64,000 bases of DNA from Balanoglossus misakiensis (taxonomy: Eukaryota; Animalia; Hemichordata), in contig CM082594.2 in NCBI GenBank assembly GCA_040954595.2, forward strand, positions 11,796,985 to 11,860,984, given 5' to 3'. This document shows, piece by piece, positions 11,988 to 25,400 of the stretch. The notes beneath the pieces are model-generated. The model did not search any database. It saw only the letters and a program-made list of their open reading frames with translations, and had not been told where the DNA came from. Position numbers and translations under genes: made by a program. Within the stretch, counting starts at the first letter, position 1; the number at the start of each line of letters is the position of its first letter.

Positions 11988-14900
11988 CATTGGAACTCAT
12001 TGCAGTGTTGTTCAAAATGATGTCCACTGTCATTTTCTTCTGCTCAGACAATCAAGAAGTGGCAATCAACTGCAGCTGTGTTATTCTTTTGTTACAATCT
12101 GAGAAACAAGACATTTCTCTGTGCTGGGGACAAAATTTAGTAGTGGAACAATCATGCCATTTACTAACAGACTGCTTTCCTGTGACTGAACAAAGAAAAT
12201 AGTGGTCAAACCCTGCAGTGCTATTCTATAAATTCTGTTCTTGCAGAAGACCATCAATATTTTTTTGATCAAACTGAAGACAGGGAAAGCAAACTGTCCT
12301 GCTCTGCCAGATCAGTCTTTCATTGAAGACTTTGCAACAATTAGTGCAGTATTGTCATGGTCGTGTCACAGTTAGTGCAATATTGAAGAGCTGTATGTGG
12401 AAGACAAATCCTGAAGCACCTGCCACTTGTCTTGTGAATTTTCCTTGGCATATTTGGATGCCAAAGTTGAATGTACATTAAAAGTTTTCTTTTTCAGAAT
12501 CTACCTGCTGCAGAGATAGAGCACGCTTGTTTTGGACCATGGGTTTGTCATAATATGTTACTAGAAAAGACGGTCTAACCGTGGCTGAACTATATAGAAT
12601 GCCCTGACATGGAATGACAACCAGTGACAACCGTAAATCCAAAGGTGGATTTCATACATCCAGGATTCCAAAGATGGATTGGAAACACCTGGAAATCCCA
12701 GGATGGATGTGAAATATCCAGATCATGTAGTGTATTTGTATAGACAATTGGAATTAACAAGGATATTGTCAATTTCACTCTAAGTACACTGTATTTAAGT
12801 ATATTTTTTAGAAATCATTTAGAATGATTTTTGTTATCAGAGATACACATAACTGTGTCACCCCCCTGTGAAATGGGTGAAGCTCAAAAATTATAGTCTT
12901 TATCCATGACTGAGTTACTTCTGTTTTGAAGCCTTGGAACCTGAAGCTTTACTTAAATTAAAAGCAAGTTTTAATACACATTAATGTTGAAATTGGAGAA
13001 GGCTATGAAGACTAACTCAATGTAAAGTCTCTTTACCAAGTCGTGGAAAGTAATAGACAATAGAGGGCACACTCTATGGCCACATCTTCAAGCATGACAC
13101 CATAATGCAACTTATATTTCAAGGAAATAATGCTATTAACAAAGATACGTTACAGTGTTTCATATATAATTTCATAATTTTGAGCAGTTTGCTTGTTCAC
13201 ATATTATGATATGGATATGTAGACTAGTCTTACTGAAACTTTCTTTGATTTTATTTACTTGTTTATACGGCTGCAAAAATGGATTTTATTATTGTTTATT
13301 TTCAGCACTGGTATTTTGTTTTGCAGATGCATTGGCCAGTCTTATTTTATGGCAAATTAACTTTGTATATGCTTTACATAAATTTAAACTACGTCCAAGA
13401 TATTCTATAACATGTTAGTTATTACTAAAATCTTCTAAATTAAATTAAATTTGGCTAACTAGACTGGAAGCAAACATTGTCTTTTTAAAGTGTTAGCATC
13501 ATACTTTTGTTTCTTCAAACTTGTCATTTACTTTATTTAAAATGTTTGCTTGTACATGTACATTTACTTCATTAGTTGATTCCAGTGACTCTAAAGTACA
13601 CTGGCAAACTATGATGCTATGTTAATAGAAAAACAGCACAGGGTATACTTAAGCTTGACCTTGATTCTTAACTACACGAAAAGAAAGCATGAACAGTTTG
13701 GCTTTGCCTCACCTTGTGAAACACTACAGTAATCCTTATTTTTAAATACATATACAAGCCTTGCTTCAAACAAATTAAAATCCTATCCCATGGTAAAACC
13801 TTCCATCCATGCTCTGACCTGATTCACAAGTCCCTTTTGACTATATTCCAGCATAGCTGTGATGTCAACACAGTGTTCCTTTAACCTCATATACCCATGC
13901 TTAGGCAAATGTTTAATATGCAAGTTTCAGAAGGGAAAAAACACTTGGACGATTTTAGAATGACTCAACAGACATAATGTATTGTGTAATTTTATGTGCT
14001 CTAGTAAGAGACATCAAAGTAGACTTGATGAGATGAGTTTGTTTATGAAATGTGATGCAAAACTGTGTAGTCTTCCTGTAGCATTTTGACCTTGGTCAGC
14101 TATTACATTCCAAGAGATAAGTATAAGTCAACTTGTCTTTGATATATATTCAGTAGTCTTTCCTGCCAAATAGCAATGCAAAAAAAAAACTACAACCAAA
14201 GCAGAACACTTGGCAACAGATGGATGCTGTGTTTTATATTTATGCATCCATGAAACAACATTCGTCTCCATTGTTTCCGCTGTGTCTCATGTCAAAATAA
14301 AAACTTGAAATACGTCATGTTACTATGTATCTAATTGTTGCTGTATTATCTCTGGTTTTCTCTTCTGCCTTGATTGTGAAATGTTATATTTCAACTGCCA
14401 TTTCTAACTGGCTGTCTATCTTAGCTATCCCTCTGTAGATATCAGTTTGCATACTGCCCATGTTATCAGTCATTTTGTATGTTTGTAAATTTTCAAAACA
14501 GCATTTATAACTTGTGCTTAGACTAACAGAACTGATTGACTTGTCATGGTTTTGTGATGGAGTAACTAACCAATGGCATCGATATATTTTTTTGTAACAT
14601 AACAGAAACAGTTTCCATGACAAATGTGATTTCAAAGTGATGATGGTGCATACATTTTAGAAGTGAGACTTGAGAAATTGATAACAAAATATCTGCAGAC
14701 ATTCTGTGCCAATGCAAAAAATTCAACTTGTTTCAGCAAGTACCGTAGGAAAGAAGTAAACTCACCAAGACAATTGAGATACTTCTTTCAGAATTGATTA
14801 GATCAATTATTTTGGTGGATATTACATGTCCAGGGTTACCTGTTGTATGCTTTTAGAATGGACGTGGATGTTTGTAAATGTATTGAAGTAGTTCTTTTAT

Positions 14901-15479
14901 AAAACATGTGAAAGCAATAGACAATTACCCCCAAAAAATAAAAGTATTACATAAAAGTAAATTGTGTGCTTGTCATCTTTATATTTTGTATGTTCTTGGA
15001 AATCTGACTTGCTGAGTTGTGATAAAACTGGTACAGCAGGTCAAGAAGTCTGCACAACATTGAATAAAACAGAATCAAAATCACAACAGAAGTATTCACT
15101 TTTTTTTATTTTCAATATTTGCACTAGATGTAGGCAAGTCTTGAAGGTAACATCATATTTTCTGAGAAACTAAAGTTCTTTTCAGGCTTTGTACTCTTTC
15201 TCAGTTAAAATTATAAAGCACACAAGAAGTGTGGTATGCAATGATGTTTGCGATGGTCTCACTTGACCAATTTCTTTGGAAATGGTGGTCACATATTTTG
15301 GGGCTGAAAATGGCCTGTTTCATCTATGTCTTTGTTAAAGTTTTGCTACATTCTAGTCAAATATCTTATGATCAGAACTTAATGAAACCTCATGCACTTG
15401 TAAGATATTTCAACTGCTGGTTCTTGGACTATACATCACAAAGCATCATGGGATATTACACTTCCTGTGTGATTATGTA

Positions 15480-17293
15480 TCATTGTTCCTTTTGTTTACA
15501 ATTAAGAGACGCTACAAGACATCGTAACAGAGCCACACCAATCGGAATCAAGCTACTTTTCAGGCAACCGTAAACATAGAAAAGCAGTATGTTGTCCTGT
15601 GAGAGAGGAATCATCTCGACAGCCCTGCAATATACAAGACTGCAAAGTGCAGCTATGAGGCTTGCGAGAAAGTCCATCCCACTTCGGAGATTCTCTGGAA
15701 ACCGACTTTCAAGGCATGTCAGTATTACGCCCAGGCCTAGTACACACCCAGCATCCCGTGACAATGCATAGAATGGCGTTGTGTCCAGGTGGATATATTC
15801 AGACTTGACACACCATTTCATGGCCAGTGGCACACTCCATCCTGGGTCTAGGCCAAGGATTTGCAGCACAAAAAACAGAGCTACTGCAGAGGACACAATG
15901 AAGAAACTACCAATAATATAGGTGTGTAATTTCAAATCATCCAATGGAACTTGGTTGCATACAATTGCAAGTAAGACACCTGAAAGAACAGAAAAAGATA
16001 ATTTAGAACAGAAAAAGATAATTTCAAAGAGAATATTACAATAAGCTGCTTCTCAAATACAAAAAAATAATATTGGTAATTATTTTACTCTAATTTGGTG
16101 GATCTAAGAGCCTACAAGATAAGCATGCAGCTACCCATGCTCTGTTTGTGTGTATTCTACATTACCACATAATGATTGCAAGTCAGGAAACAATGCCAAA
16201 TGCAGCCAGACCAATACATGTATTCCATTTTTTTGTCAAATATTCTTTTGGTTGGACACTCCCTCACGCTATAGAGCGCCCTCAAACAGCAGATCAGTCT
16301 ATGTGGCAGGGTGGATAATATACTTACCCACAATTAAGCCAAGAAGTACTTGGTGAGGAAAGTGGGTAGAAATAAACAAACGTGATGTTGCAACCATCAC
16401 CATGACAACAGTAAACAGTATCCATGGCAGCACCGATTTTATCCTGCTACCAGAAGCCACTGTTTTAGTGGATACACTGTTAAATGCAGTTACCATGATA
16501 AACCATACAGCTGCTGTCACCATTGCATGACCGGAAGGGCTTCCTGTAGGATAGATTGAAAATAACATTTTAATAAAGTTTGAATGGTCTGATTGTTTTG
16601 CTGCATCTTGTCATATTATTGCAATAAAAGAAAAAAAGTTGTTGACAAACTTAAATGAATTGAATTGTCGCATTACCTGGCCCAGTCTCACAGGTCAGTG
16701 AAAACTGATGTATATCAGGCACATTGTCTTTGTCATAAATGGATGTCTCATGGATCCACCAGTATGGCCGTTGACCATACAACAACCTGTCAAAAGTTAC
16801 AAAATTTCACTGTTTAAATGTAGGTGTTAAAGTGATGACACTCCAATTTTGTAAAATTATCTTAAAATTGAAAACAATAGCTTAATTAAATAAATATTTC
16901 AGGAACAATATGTTTGGAATCTGTACAACAAAACAACAAACAATATGGCTTCCCAACACGGTTGACACTTCATCACTTCCCCATACTTGTAGCAATCGAC
17001 AAGGGGTGAAATCTGTTTGAATGTACAATATTTGAGATGGATGCAGGATGTATAACTGAAACTCTCTTCGCTTACCATTTTAAGATTGCATTCAACCATT
17101 CTGCGAAGGCTGCCACCAATAACACCCTTTGACCCGAGCTGTGACTGAAACAATACACCAACGGAAAATAGATCAGGAAGGCGTTCCTGGGGTCTCCCAT
17201 GTGAGACATGAACAGCATGCAATCTTCATAACGTGCGAAACTGTTCTGCAGAAGCTGGATGATACTGACTTCATGGGCGTGCAGCAGGTCCAT
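15480..17293 (-). CDS. G6PC: Glucose-6-phosphatase catalytic subunit (PAP2 superfamily), 4 coding exons, ~347 aa
   Basis: Exons 17293-17076, 16786-16677, 16543-16328, 15979-15480 join in frame (1044 nt). All three PAP2 motifs are present: KWLLYGQRP(YWW), CETGPGSPSGHAM, SRLFISTHFPHQV. The N-terminus is MDLLH..., and the C-terminal KQKEQ fits a KxKxx ER-retrieval signal. The paralog (G6PC1/2/3) cannot be assigned. Confidence 0.95.
15985..16024. repeat. Perfect 20-bp tandem duplication in the last G6PC intron
   Basis: agaacagaaaaagataattt occurs twice in tandem, within the minus-strand polypyrimidine tract. Confidence 0.85.
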
Positions 17294-20200
17294 GTCAGTT
17301 TCTCACGTCGCGGTCAGCTGTTTTCGGTACACGTTGCACGCCGGGCGCGGGCTTGTTGTCTATTTCTGTTTACAGACGCGGACGCCGGATATCGATCGCA
17401 GATTACGATAAAAATATTTGTTGCAAGACTGCATGTACTTTCGAACAAGCACAATAAAACAGAACTTTACGCATTAAGGCCAATAATTATGACATTTATT
17501 CATTTCTGATATTCTTTTCACCAGGAAAAAGTCACAATTATTACTCGTAATAAAAAGCCGACATTCCCGACCACTACTGACTGACGTAGGTGGCGCTCGC
17601 AGGAACTAGCTTTATGTCGCGATCGCGTCTCATAAGTTACTTTAAAGTTTGTGATTTAAACTTATACGAATTAGTGTTAGGGCAGGGGTTCTCAGAAATA
17701 TGATTAATCAGTCTCATGGTAGGTTTCAAGTGCGATTGAGAACATGAAGTAATAACAATAATGGCACACTTGTAAGTGACAGATAATTTTAATTGTTCAT
17801 TGCATTTTCTGTTTCAAAGATCATTTCTGTTCTGAGTGATGACAACACTGTTACGAATAAGATAGTGGGTCATCCCTAAATTCATTTGTAAAAATAGCAA
17901 TCGGAAAGTTGTTCATATGCGTCTAACTTGTGTGGAAATACTGGAAATTTCACGAGTCGCAACACGGCCACGGAGTGCCCGTAGCCTGAGTCATCATTTT
18001 TGCAGCTGGATTATTTTACTGGTTGCCAGCAGAGGCAGCCGGTAATTCTTATTGCCGGGTCTGGTGTTGACGAAGCTTGTGCCAGAAACGAACATTCAAA
18101 AGAAAAGAAACATGCGACGAAAATGACAGTTTACTAAATCTCAGTGATCGTGTGTGAAAACTATTAGCGCTCTTTACTTCAGTGCGCTAAATTTCCAAGC
18201 AACCGGCGGACTGACCATACGCGCGTATGCAGGTGCAAGGCAGCTGGATTTGTAGTGGACGAAGTCGCTTCTCTTGGACAGTTTATACACTGTATTTGAC
18301 TCGCTTCCATTTGCAGACACGCATTTTACATATCGTCGGTTTTCAAGGAAGCTCGATCGTGTTGATCGATTTGCGACAGGCTAATTTCCGTGAGAACTTT
18401 TGCCCTCTACATAACAGGAGGTTACTTCGCGGAGCACAGTACATTGTTTTCCTTAGCAACTTATTTGCATATGAGAGCGGCCGCACGCTAGTGTCACAAC
18501 AGAGAAAGGTACATCACGTCACTAAGGCCACACAATATATACAATACAACAAGTAGGCTATATACACCACTGTGTGTATATAGTGCTATCAAATATTAGT
18601 GCCGGCCACAGTGCGATCAGGCCAACACGAGGAACACCGAAATGAACGGACAATTGCAACTTACACACGATAGTGAGTACCACCCACTTTTATACCATTC
18701 CAAATTTCACTGGTTGGCGCAACGCGCGCGCGTACGCGTTAGATTTTCTAGTCCATTTCAGCACGCGTGGTTTCGCTGCCGCGTACATTTGATAACCCCG
18801 GCAATTGTAATCGCGGCCGGTATTAGAGAAATATCCCGTTCACAATAGATCCTGTGTAGTACTTGATTTACGTTAACATCACGACGCGTGAGTGTGCTTT
18901 ATCTAAAAGGAATCTATCGGAGAAACTCTTTCACAGACAGACCTTCTCCCGTATCGAATTTCGAACGCAGCACAAGCTTGTTCAACAAGGGTTATCACAT
19001 ATCAAACTATGTCATCTGGTGATCGAGGTGCATTTCTGTTTGTACTAAACGTTTTATTGAACTCGAGGGTCACTTTATAGACAATCTTGTTGACCATAAC
19101 TTAATATATTGACTATAAACTCGTGAAGTGCGCAAAATTAAGTCAGTTCGCAGCGCTACAAACTTCATAAACCCCACACAGCACGCAGCGCTGGACTTGA
19201 ATTGAAATATATTGTCCAATTTTCGACAAAACTTCCAACAAACTGTCAATGAAGTTTATATAAACTTTTTTTTAGTAACTTTACTGTTTCGTCGCAGCTT
19301 CCAAATAATGAAGTTGCCCGTCAACACAAGCATGGCGTTATTGCATACAAGAATAACTCCCTGTCAAACTAAACTCTCCGCAAACACAGACCAAAACCGT
19401 AACCTAAAATACGAACGCGAAAACGGGGACGTATATACCGGTACAGCATACTTCAATATAATTAATGAACATAGTTGTTTGCAGTATATTTGTAATTTAA
19501 TTTATACTGAGGTCACACTTCAATGATTTAATGAGACTTTGATTGAAAAAAACCACATGTATGAACATGTCACTTTTTACCCACAAAATAAAATAACTTA
19601 CAAACTGCGATCTTTTTGTGTAGACTCACTGAAGAAAAATATAATCTTTGGTACTTTGAATATTTTTTATCGCCTAAGTCCAACGTGCGTCCCATTTTGG
19701 TTCATTGTTTATAATCATAATGTCGCACAGGACCTTTAGATTGATAGATTGAAATACTCACTAATTGCTGTGTAATCGATTCCGAATGTTGCTAATACTA
19801 GGCGGTCACCAAGGCCTAGCCACTTAGAGAAAGCACAAATAAGGGTTTGTTCCGATGATTTTCGTTTGGGTACGCATTCTAAAAGAGTATGTGTTCCCCG
19901 TTAACAACAAATCCCACCACAAAATGCGGGATAAAGTTTGGATTTCCATGAAAACTCACTTGCTCCTCTTTGCAGATCATATCTTCCAGATTTGCACATG
20001 CAAAAGTGTAAACTTGGCAACTTTTACAGAAAAAAAACACCGCCACCCTCTGGCTATTTAACCTTGGTTTGATTCAGCTAATCTATCAGTGCCTTGCCAG
20101 AGTGAGAAAAGGTGATTGAAGTCAATTTAACTTGTTTACTTCAGACACATAGGCTGACAATGGACAATTATTTCTTCAGGCTATCGAAGTGATGTACTGG

Positions 20201-20832
20201 AAAGGGGGGGGGGGGGGGGGTTACATTCGAAAATTATTAGCACTGAAAATATATTAAACTTGTTATTTTTTACCGCTACCCCAATATACAATTAATGGTT
20301 CGTCCCTCCCTGATAAGTCAGCACCTGCTCTTTCTTTGATGGGGGTATCAGTTTCCACTTGGCTGTCTAACAAACCGATAAATATTTACAGTTGCAATCA
20401 GTGAGTCAACTGTAAACAGCATAAACTTGAAGTCAGCCATATCAACACCACAAATGATTCCCTGGGAGTCTTCCCGTAAAAATGCTATCATTTTTGGCAC
20501 CTGTAAAATCAGTTAAACTTTTAAGGTCCTTTTCATTTTTTTATGACAGTGCGTTCACATTTGGCAGTACATGCATAAGTCTTCCCTGTATCTAGGTAAA
20601 CTTTTTACGTTGGTTAACAATAACAATTTGGGCATGCCGTCTAGGTAAGTCCAGGTATGAGATTTCTGTAAAGTGTTTGGAGGATCTAGTTTTGAGACTC
20701 GGTGAAATTAAGTTTTAACAGTTCAATTTGTACACAATTGATTTGAAAAACCTCTTAATGACATAAAGCAGACAGGATTACAATAATTTGTACACAAATA
20801 CCCTGTGTCAGTTTGCATGGAAGTCAGAAGCT

Positions 20833-21406
20833 GTTTCCATGGTAACAGGCATACACAATGCTCTCTGCCAGGGGGGCATGGTAAGGCCATCCATGTACAT
20901 TGTAGAATACAGTGCAGGATCTCAAACAAAATGCCCTGGGGCTCTGGCTATAGAATTCCCCTGTTATTAAGTCATATAAATAGAGGTGATTTATTTCTAA
21001 AAAGTGGCTTAGATTAAAAGTAAGTCACATTGGTTTGTCCCCAGGCAAGTGGCTGCATACTTTTATAATCAGGTGCATTGCTTTGTGTAGTGTGGGTTTG
21101 GAGGTCTTCTGTATACATGTCTGCTTTGTGGCAAACTAATCAGAATTATGAATAAGACATTGTTTTAAGTATGTTTCTTGGTGGCATTTTGAAAAAATAT
21201 AATTTTTATGTTTCATTTTTGTTGGATAGATCGTAGTTGAGCTCTGCTTTTGAGTTTTTTAGGCCTTAATTTACAGCTTATTAGACTTTGTGTGTTTTGC
21301 GTTTGATAATTTGTTGTCCAGTTCTTGAAATTCAATATCTACCGATCAGTAATCTCATAGATCAAGAACAGGAAGTGTATGTTGCTAAGCATGTTACTAT
21401 GGCAAC
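20833..21406. promoter_or_regulatory. Two RFX X-box motifs upstream of the CSPP1-like repeat gene
   Basis: GTTTCCATGGTAAC (20833-20846) and GTTACTATGGCAAC (21393-21406) both fit the X-box consensus GTHNYY-AT-RRNAAC. Confidence 0.6.
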
Positions 21407-22454
21407 ACTGACTACATAGAGCAGTAGCAGACTAAACAGTTAAACAATCATACCAGCCTGTTAGCACTGAAAGCCTTTGAAATTCCTTTTTTTGCAATTT
21501 ATCAATACCTTTCACAGTCATGTTTATCTTTGTATTTTTTGCAATTATGTAGTTCAAACAGTTCTCACTGTTTGCAAATGACTGACTATTAGAGGGAAGC
21601 AGGTCTTTTGAAATTTAAATCTGTCCCTGTTGTATGCTCCATTGCGCAATGACTCAATGGACTTGTGTCATTTTTGAAATTTTTATTATTCTTCAACTTC
21701 ACTCGAAATTCTAATGGGGCATTTAAGATACCCAGTACTCTACATTATAAAAGCCATGATGTGCTCTGAGATTTAGTATGATGGCTATTCCTAACCTGGC
21801 TAAGTGTACTCATATTTAAATGTCTGGTTTGTTGAACATTACATATATTCTTTTTTAAGGATGGGAGAACAAAATAAAATCCCAACTGAGGCTGACTGAG
21901 GTACAGACACTAGTATCATGGGGATTCCGCAACATCTGAATACCTTAGTCATTAAAAATCAACAGGTGAATCAAACAAAATTCGCTTTCCCTTCAAACAT
22001 TTTGCTCCCACCCACTCATCATGGCAGCATTTGTGCTGAAAATGTACAGAATCCATTCAACTGGACAAATTTGCATATTCACGTATCAGTCCAAAGTCAT
22101 GAAATATGCATTGGGTTAGAAGGAGGGACAATAGGGTCAGCCGTTTTGTCGATTGCACTATGTGTTGTTGATGACAAGCGATTCAGTAAGACATTGATTA
22201 GTGTCGCTTGCTTTGCTGCGCTTTTGTGAAATCTCTCTTAAGCTGTAGTGGTTCTTTTATTTTCCATACCAAATGGAGAGCTGCATGAGGTCTAAACTAA
22301 GAAATGCCTATGGCATTGTATCTATCAAGGTCTATGGTTACTTCTCCTGCGTAGATGTATTTGTACTTGAATATTTTAAGTTTTCCAAAAGATCTTAAGT
22401 TCTAAGAAGTGTGATTGTCTCTTTATTGCAGCCACCCCGAGAGACTTTTCACAA

Positions 22455-25400
22455 ATGGAACGATCAGCCACTGATCTTCCTTCTCAACAGCCGCATAGTT
22501 ATCGTTTCCAAGGTTACCCAGGACACAGTTTTGTCTCACCTACAAAGCCTAAACTGGGAGGTCCTGCTGCCAATCCCATAGATGCACATAACTTCCACAA
22601 ACCACAAAAGTTTGTCGCAGGTGAGTAAGAAGGTAGATGGCAATACATGTAACTAAATGATAGTCAGGTTAAATTAAAATTATTTGTGTTGTATATATTA
22701 TTATTTTGGTTTGTTTCATACTTCAGAATAACAAGAAAGGCTTGTTAGAGTTTTATATGTTTTTGTAGTTGTAGTTTTTGTGTGAATAAACTGTCAGTGA
22801 AAAGTTCAAGTTCATTCCAAAGTTAGACAGTCTAATACCCACTCTGTTAAACTTCCACTAACTTCTTTTGGTTTAGGGATGCACCCTTTGGGATTTAAGC
22901 CTTCTTTCATAGAAACAGAAGCAGATCTGCAAACAAACTTGCTAAACAGCTTAGTCCTCGTATATGTGAATTAATTGACGTCACACAACTGTCATCGTCA
23001 GTACGGGTATTTAGCTGGTATGGCTCTAAATCCCTTTGGAGGAAATGAGAATTTACAACGTACCCACTGCAAGCAGGGTTTTGACACAAGGCATGGAATT
23101 ACAATGACCATGGATCAGGTTTAGCTATGCAGGGGGAATTAGTTACAGCTTGTTCAGTGAGATTTGAAGAAATGAAGCAACATCCAGAGATATTTTAAAA
23201 GTAACATGGTCTCTAGTTTAAATTCCATTCCAGTCCTTTGACTTACGCAATACAGACAGCAGCTGTACTGAAAATATATGTGTTGCTGTGTTTCAACGAA
23301 ACTCCACAAACAAAAACTATCAAACCATAAGCCTGTTGCGTGTACAAACTCAGTGCTTTGTCAACTTTTATACTGAGTCCAAAACATGCCACAGAATGTT
23401 AATTAAGATTTATGATGCCGGATGGCCGGGTGGAAGAAGACATTTTGTTTTAACAAACTATAGCTGTTACATTCTACTGTGAGATGTGACATCATATTTA
23501 AAATTACAGACCAATATGATAGTGACCTAAGGAATAAAATAACTCTGAAACTCCTGTAGTGTTTCCATGTTCTATATTAAGTTTACAATGTCAATCATTT
23601 CTCAAACTCCTGTGACTGTTTTTCTCTTAAATGTACCTCTAACCATTTCTTTCTAGATCACCATAGTGATTACAGCACTTATAGACTTAAGGATGTCGGC
23701 GTGCGTAGCGCCCCAAGTCAGCTAGGTTTCTACAGTTACCGTTCCCATGACAACATACCTACCAGCAACCATGATAGCAGTATGTTTTCTGCGTGTTCAT
23801 CTTGCTAGATGCTTAATATCGGCCTAATTGTGATTATCTGCAAGCTTTATGCATTGTGTGTGTCTCTGTTCACAATTTTGCAAAAATTAAACCATTTCTG
23901 TCTAAAAATATAAAAAGACTTAAATTCCATAACTCTTTATCCTTTAAATAAAAACCAACAACATTGAAAAACTAAGTAACGATATCATCCATAACTTAAA
24001 TAAGCTCATGGTTTTTACAGTGGTGTTGGGAACATTGGTTGTTTAATTCAGTAGTGCATACCAATTTAGTGCAATAATTGGTCTGTTGTCAAAATTTGCA
24101 AACACGCAATAGCCAAACAAAATAATTTAAGGTGGCAAATTGGAATCATCTCTTATGAGTCCCTTTGAGAATATAAATCATGTGAATACTGTATCTTACC
24201 TAAATTGGTTAATGTAACTGCAGACAGAGAAAAACTAACCAAGCTTATTTCTTTGACAAAAAGTTTTTGCGCTGCAAGCTTGTCTGCATGGTGTGGTGTT
24301 GTCCGAGGAAATGTCACAGTGCATGAGAAGATGTTTACTAATTATTTCTCTGCTACTGTTTTGTTTTGTTTTGCTTGTTGTGTCAAAATGCTTTATCCCT
24401 TCAAAGCTTTTTGTTATTGTTTATATGGTTGCACTAGATTGTTCACAACATAAGTTGACATGGTGTGCTGTTGATTATACTTGGACCATGCATGACATAT
24501 ACACATGTAATGTTCTTCTGTACATATTCATGGTGGTGGGGTCATTTCTTGTTGTATATAAATCATAACAGTCTTTTTGGAGTGGTCAAGAGGTCAAAAT
24601 CTAGAATAGCAAAATACTGCTCAGAAGTAAGTATATGTAGTATTCAAAATGTCAGATTGCTCCTTCGCCTCATGACCTCTCCACCCTGACTTAGAGACAA
24701 TAGCAAATTGGTATATTTTATGAAATGGGAGGTGACATTTGATGATGAACTTATTTTGATTGGCATGCTGATTGTCAGTTGTGCTGTTGTTGCTTTGTAT
24801 TTTCACATTTTATTATAAATTCATCATTAACATTTCATTACTTTGGTCATAACATGTGCATGCATCACCATTGCTAAATGAGGACTATCCTCCGACAATT
24901 AATTCTGCCTGGAAACCTTTAGAATGTTACTCTGAATCCCTTGGGCATGTTTCATGAAGATATCAATTATGAACACAGCCAAGTAATGATGCTTTTTGAA
25001 AAGAACTGATGAAGCTGTGAAAAAAAAGATATTAAAATGGCTGTGAATGCATGATCAGAAATAAATGGTTTCCAAATTTAGATTTGGATTAGATAAACTG
25101 AGTGACCCTTCCACCCTTTATGAATGGTTCAACTTGCACCTGGAAGTAGACCACATTTGGACACATGCCTTGGGATTCAGATCAATGTTTAAGGTTTTGG
25201 CTCAACATGATAAAATGATGATAACATGTTTTATGAACATCACAGGTGTACCTGTTAATGGGACTAATCAGGGTGTCATGTACAGTTCAGATGTTGCGCC
25301 GGTCAATTCACAGACGCCACAACCCAGAAAAACATTATTCAGATCAGATTATGGGTAAGTAAGAAAAATATATTCATGTTCATGTACATGTATTGTGGCA

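Noticed and set aside
20204-20220. Poly-G run (also poly-C at 4561-4574 and near 46596-46611)
   Set aside because: Simple homopolymers; G-quadruplex potential alone is not evidence of function.
23419-23445. A-box-like ggatggccgggtgg
   Set aside because: No matching B box or acceptor stem.
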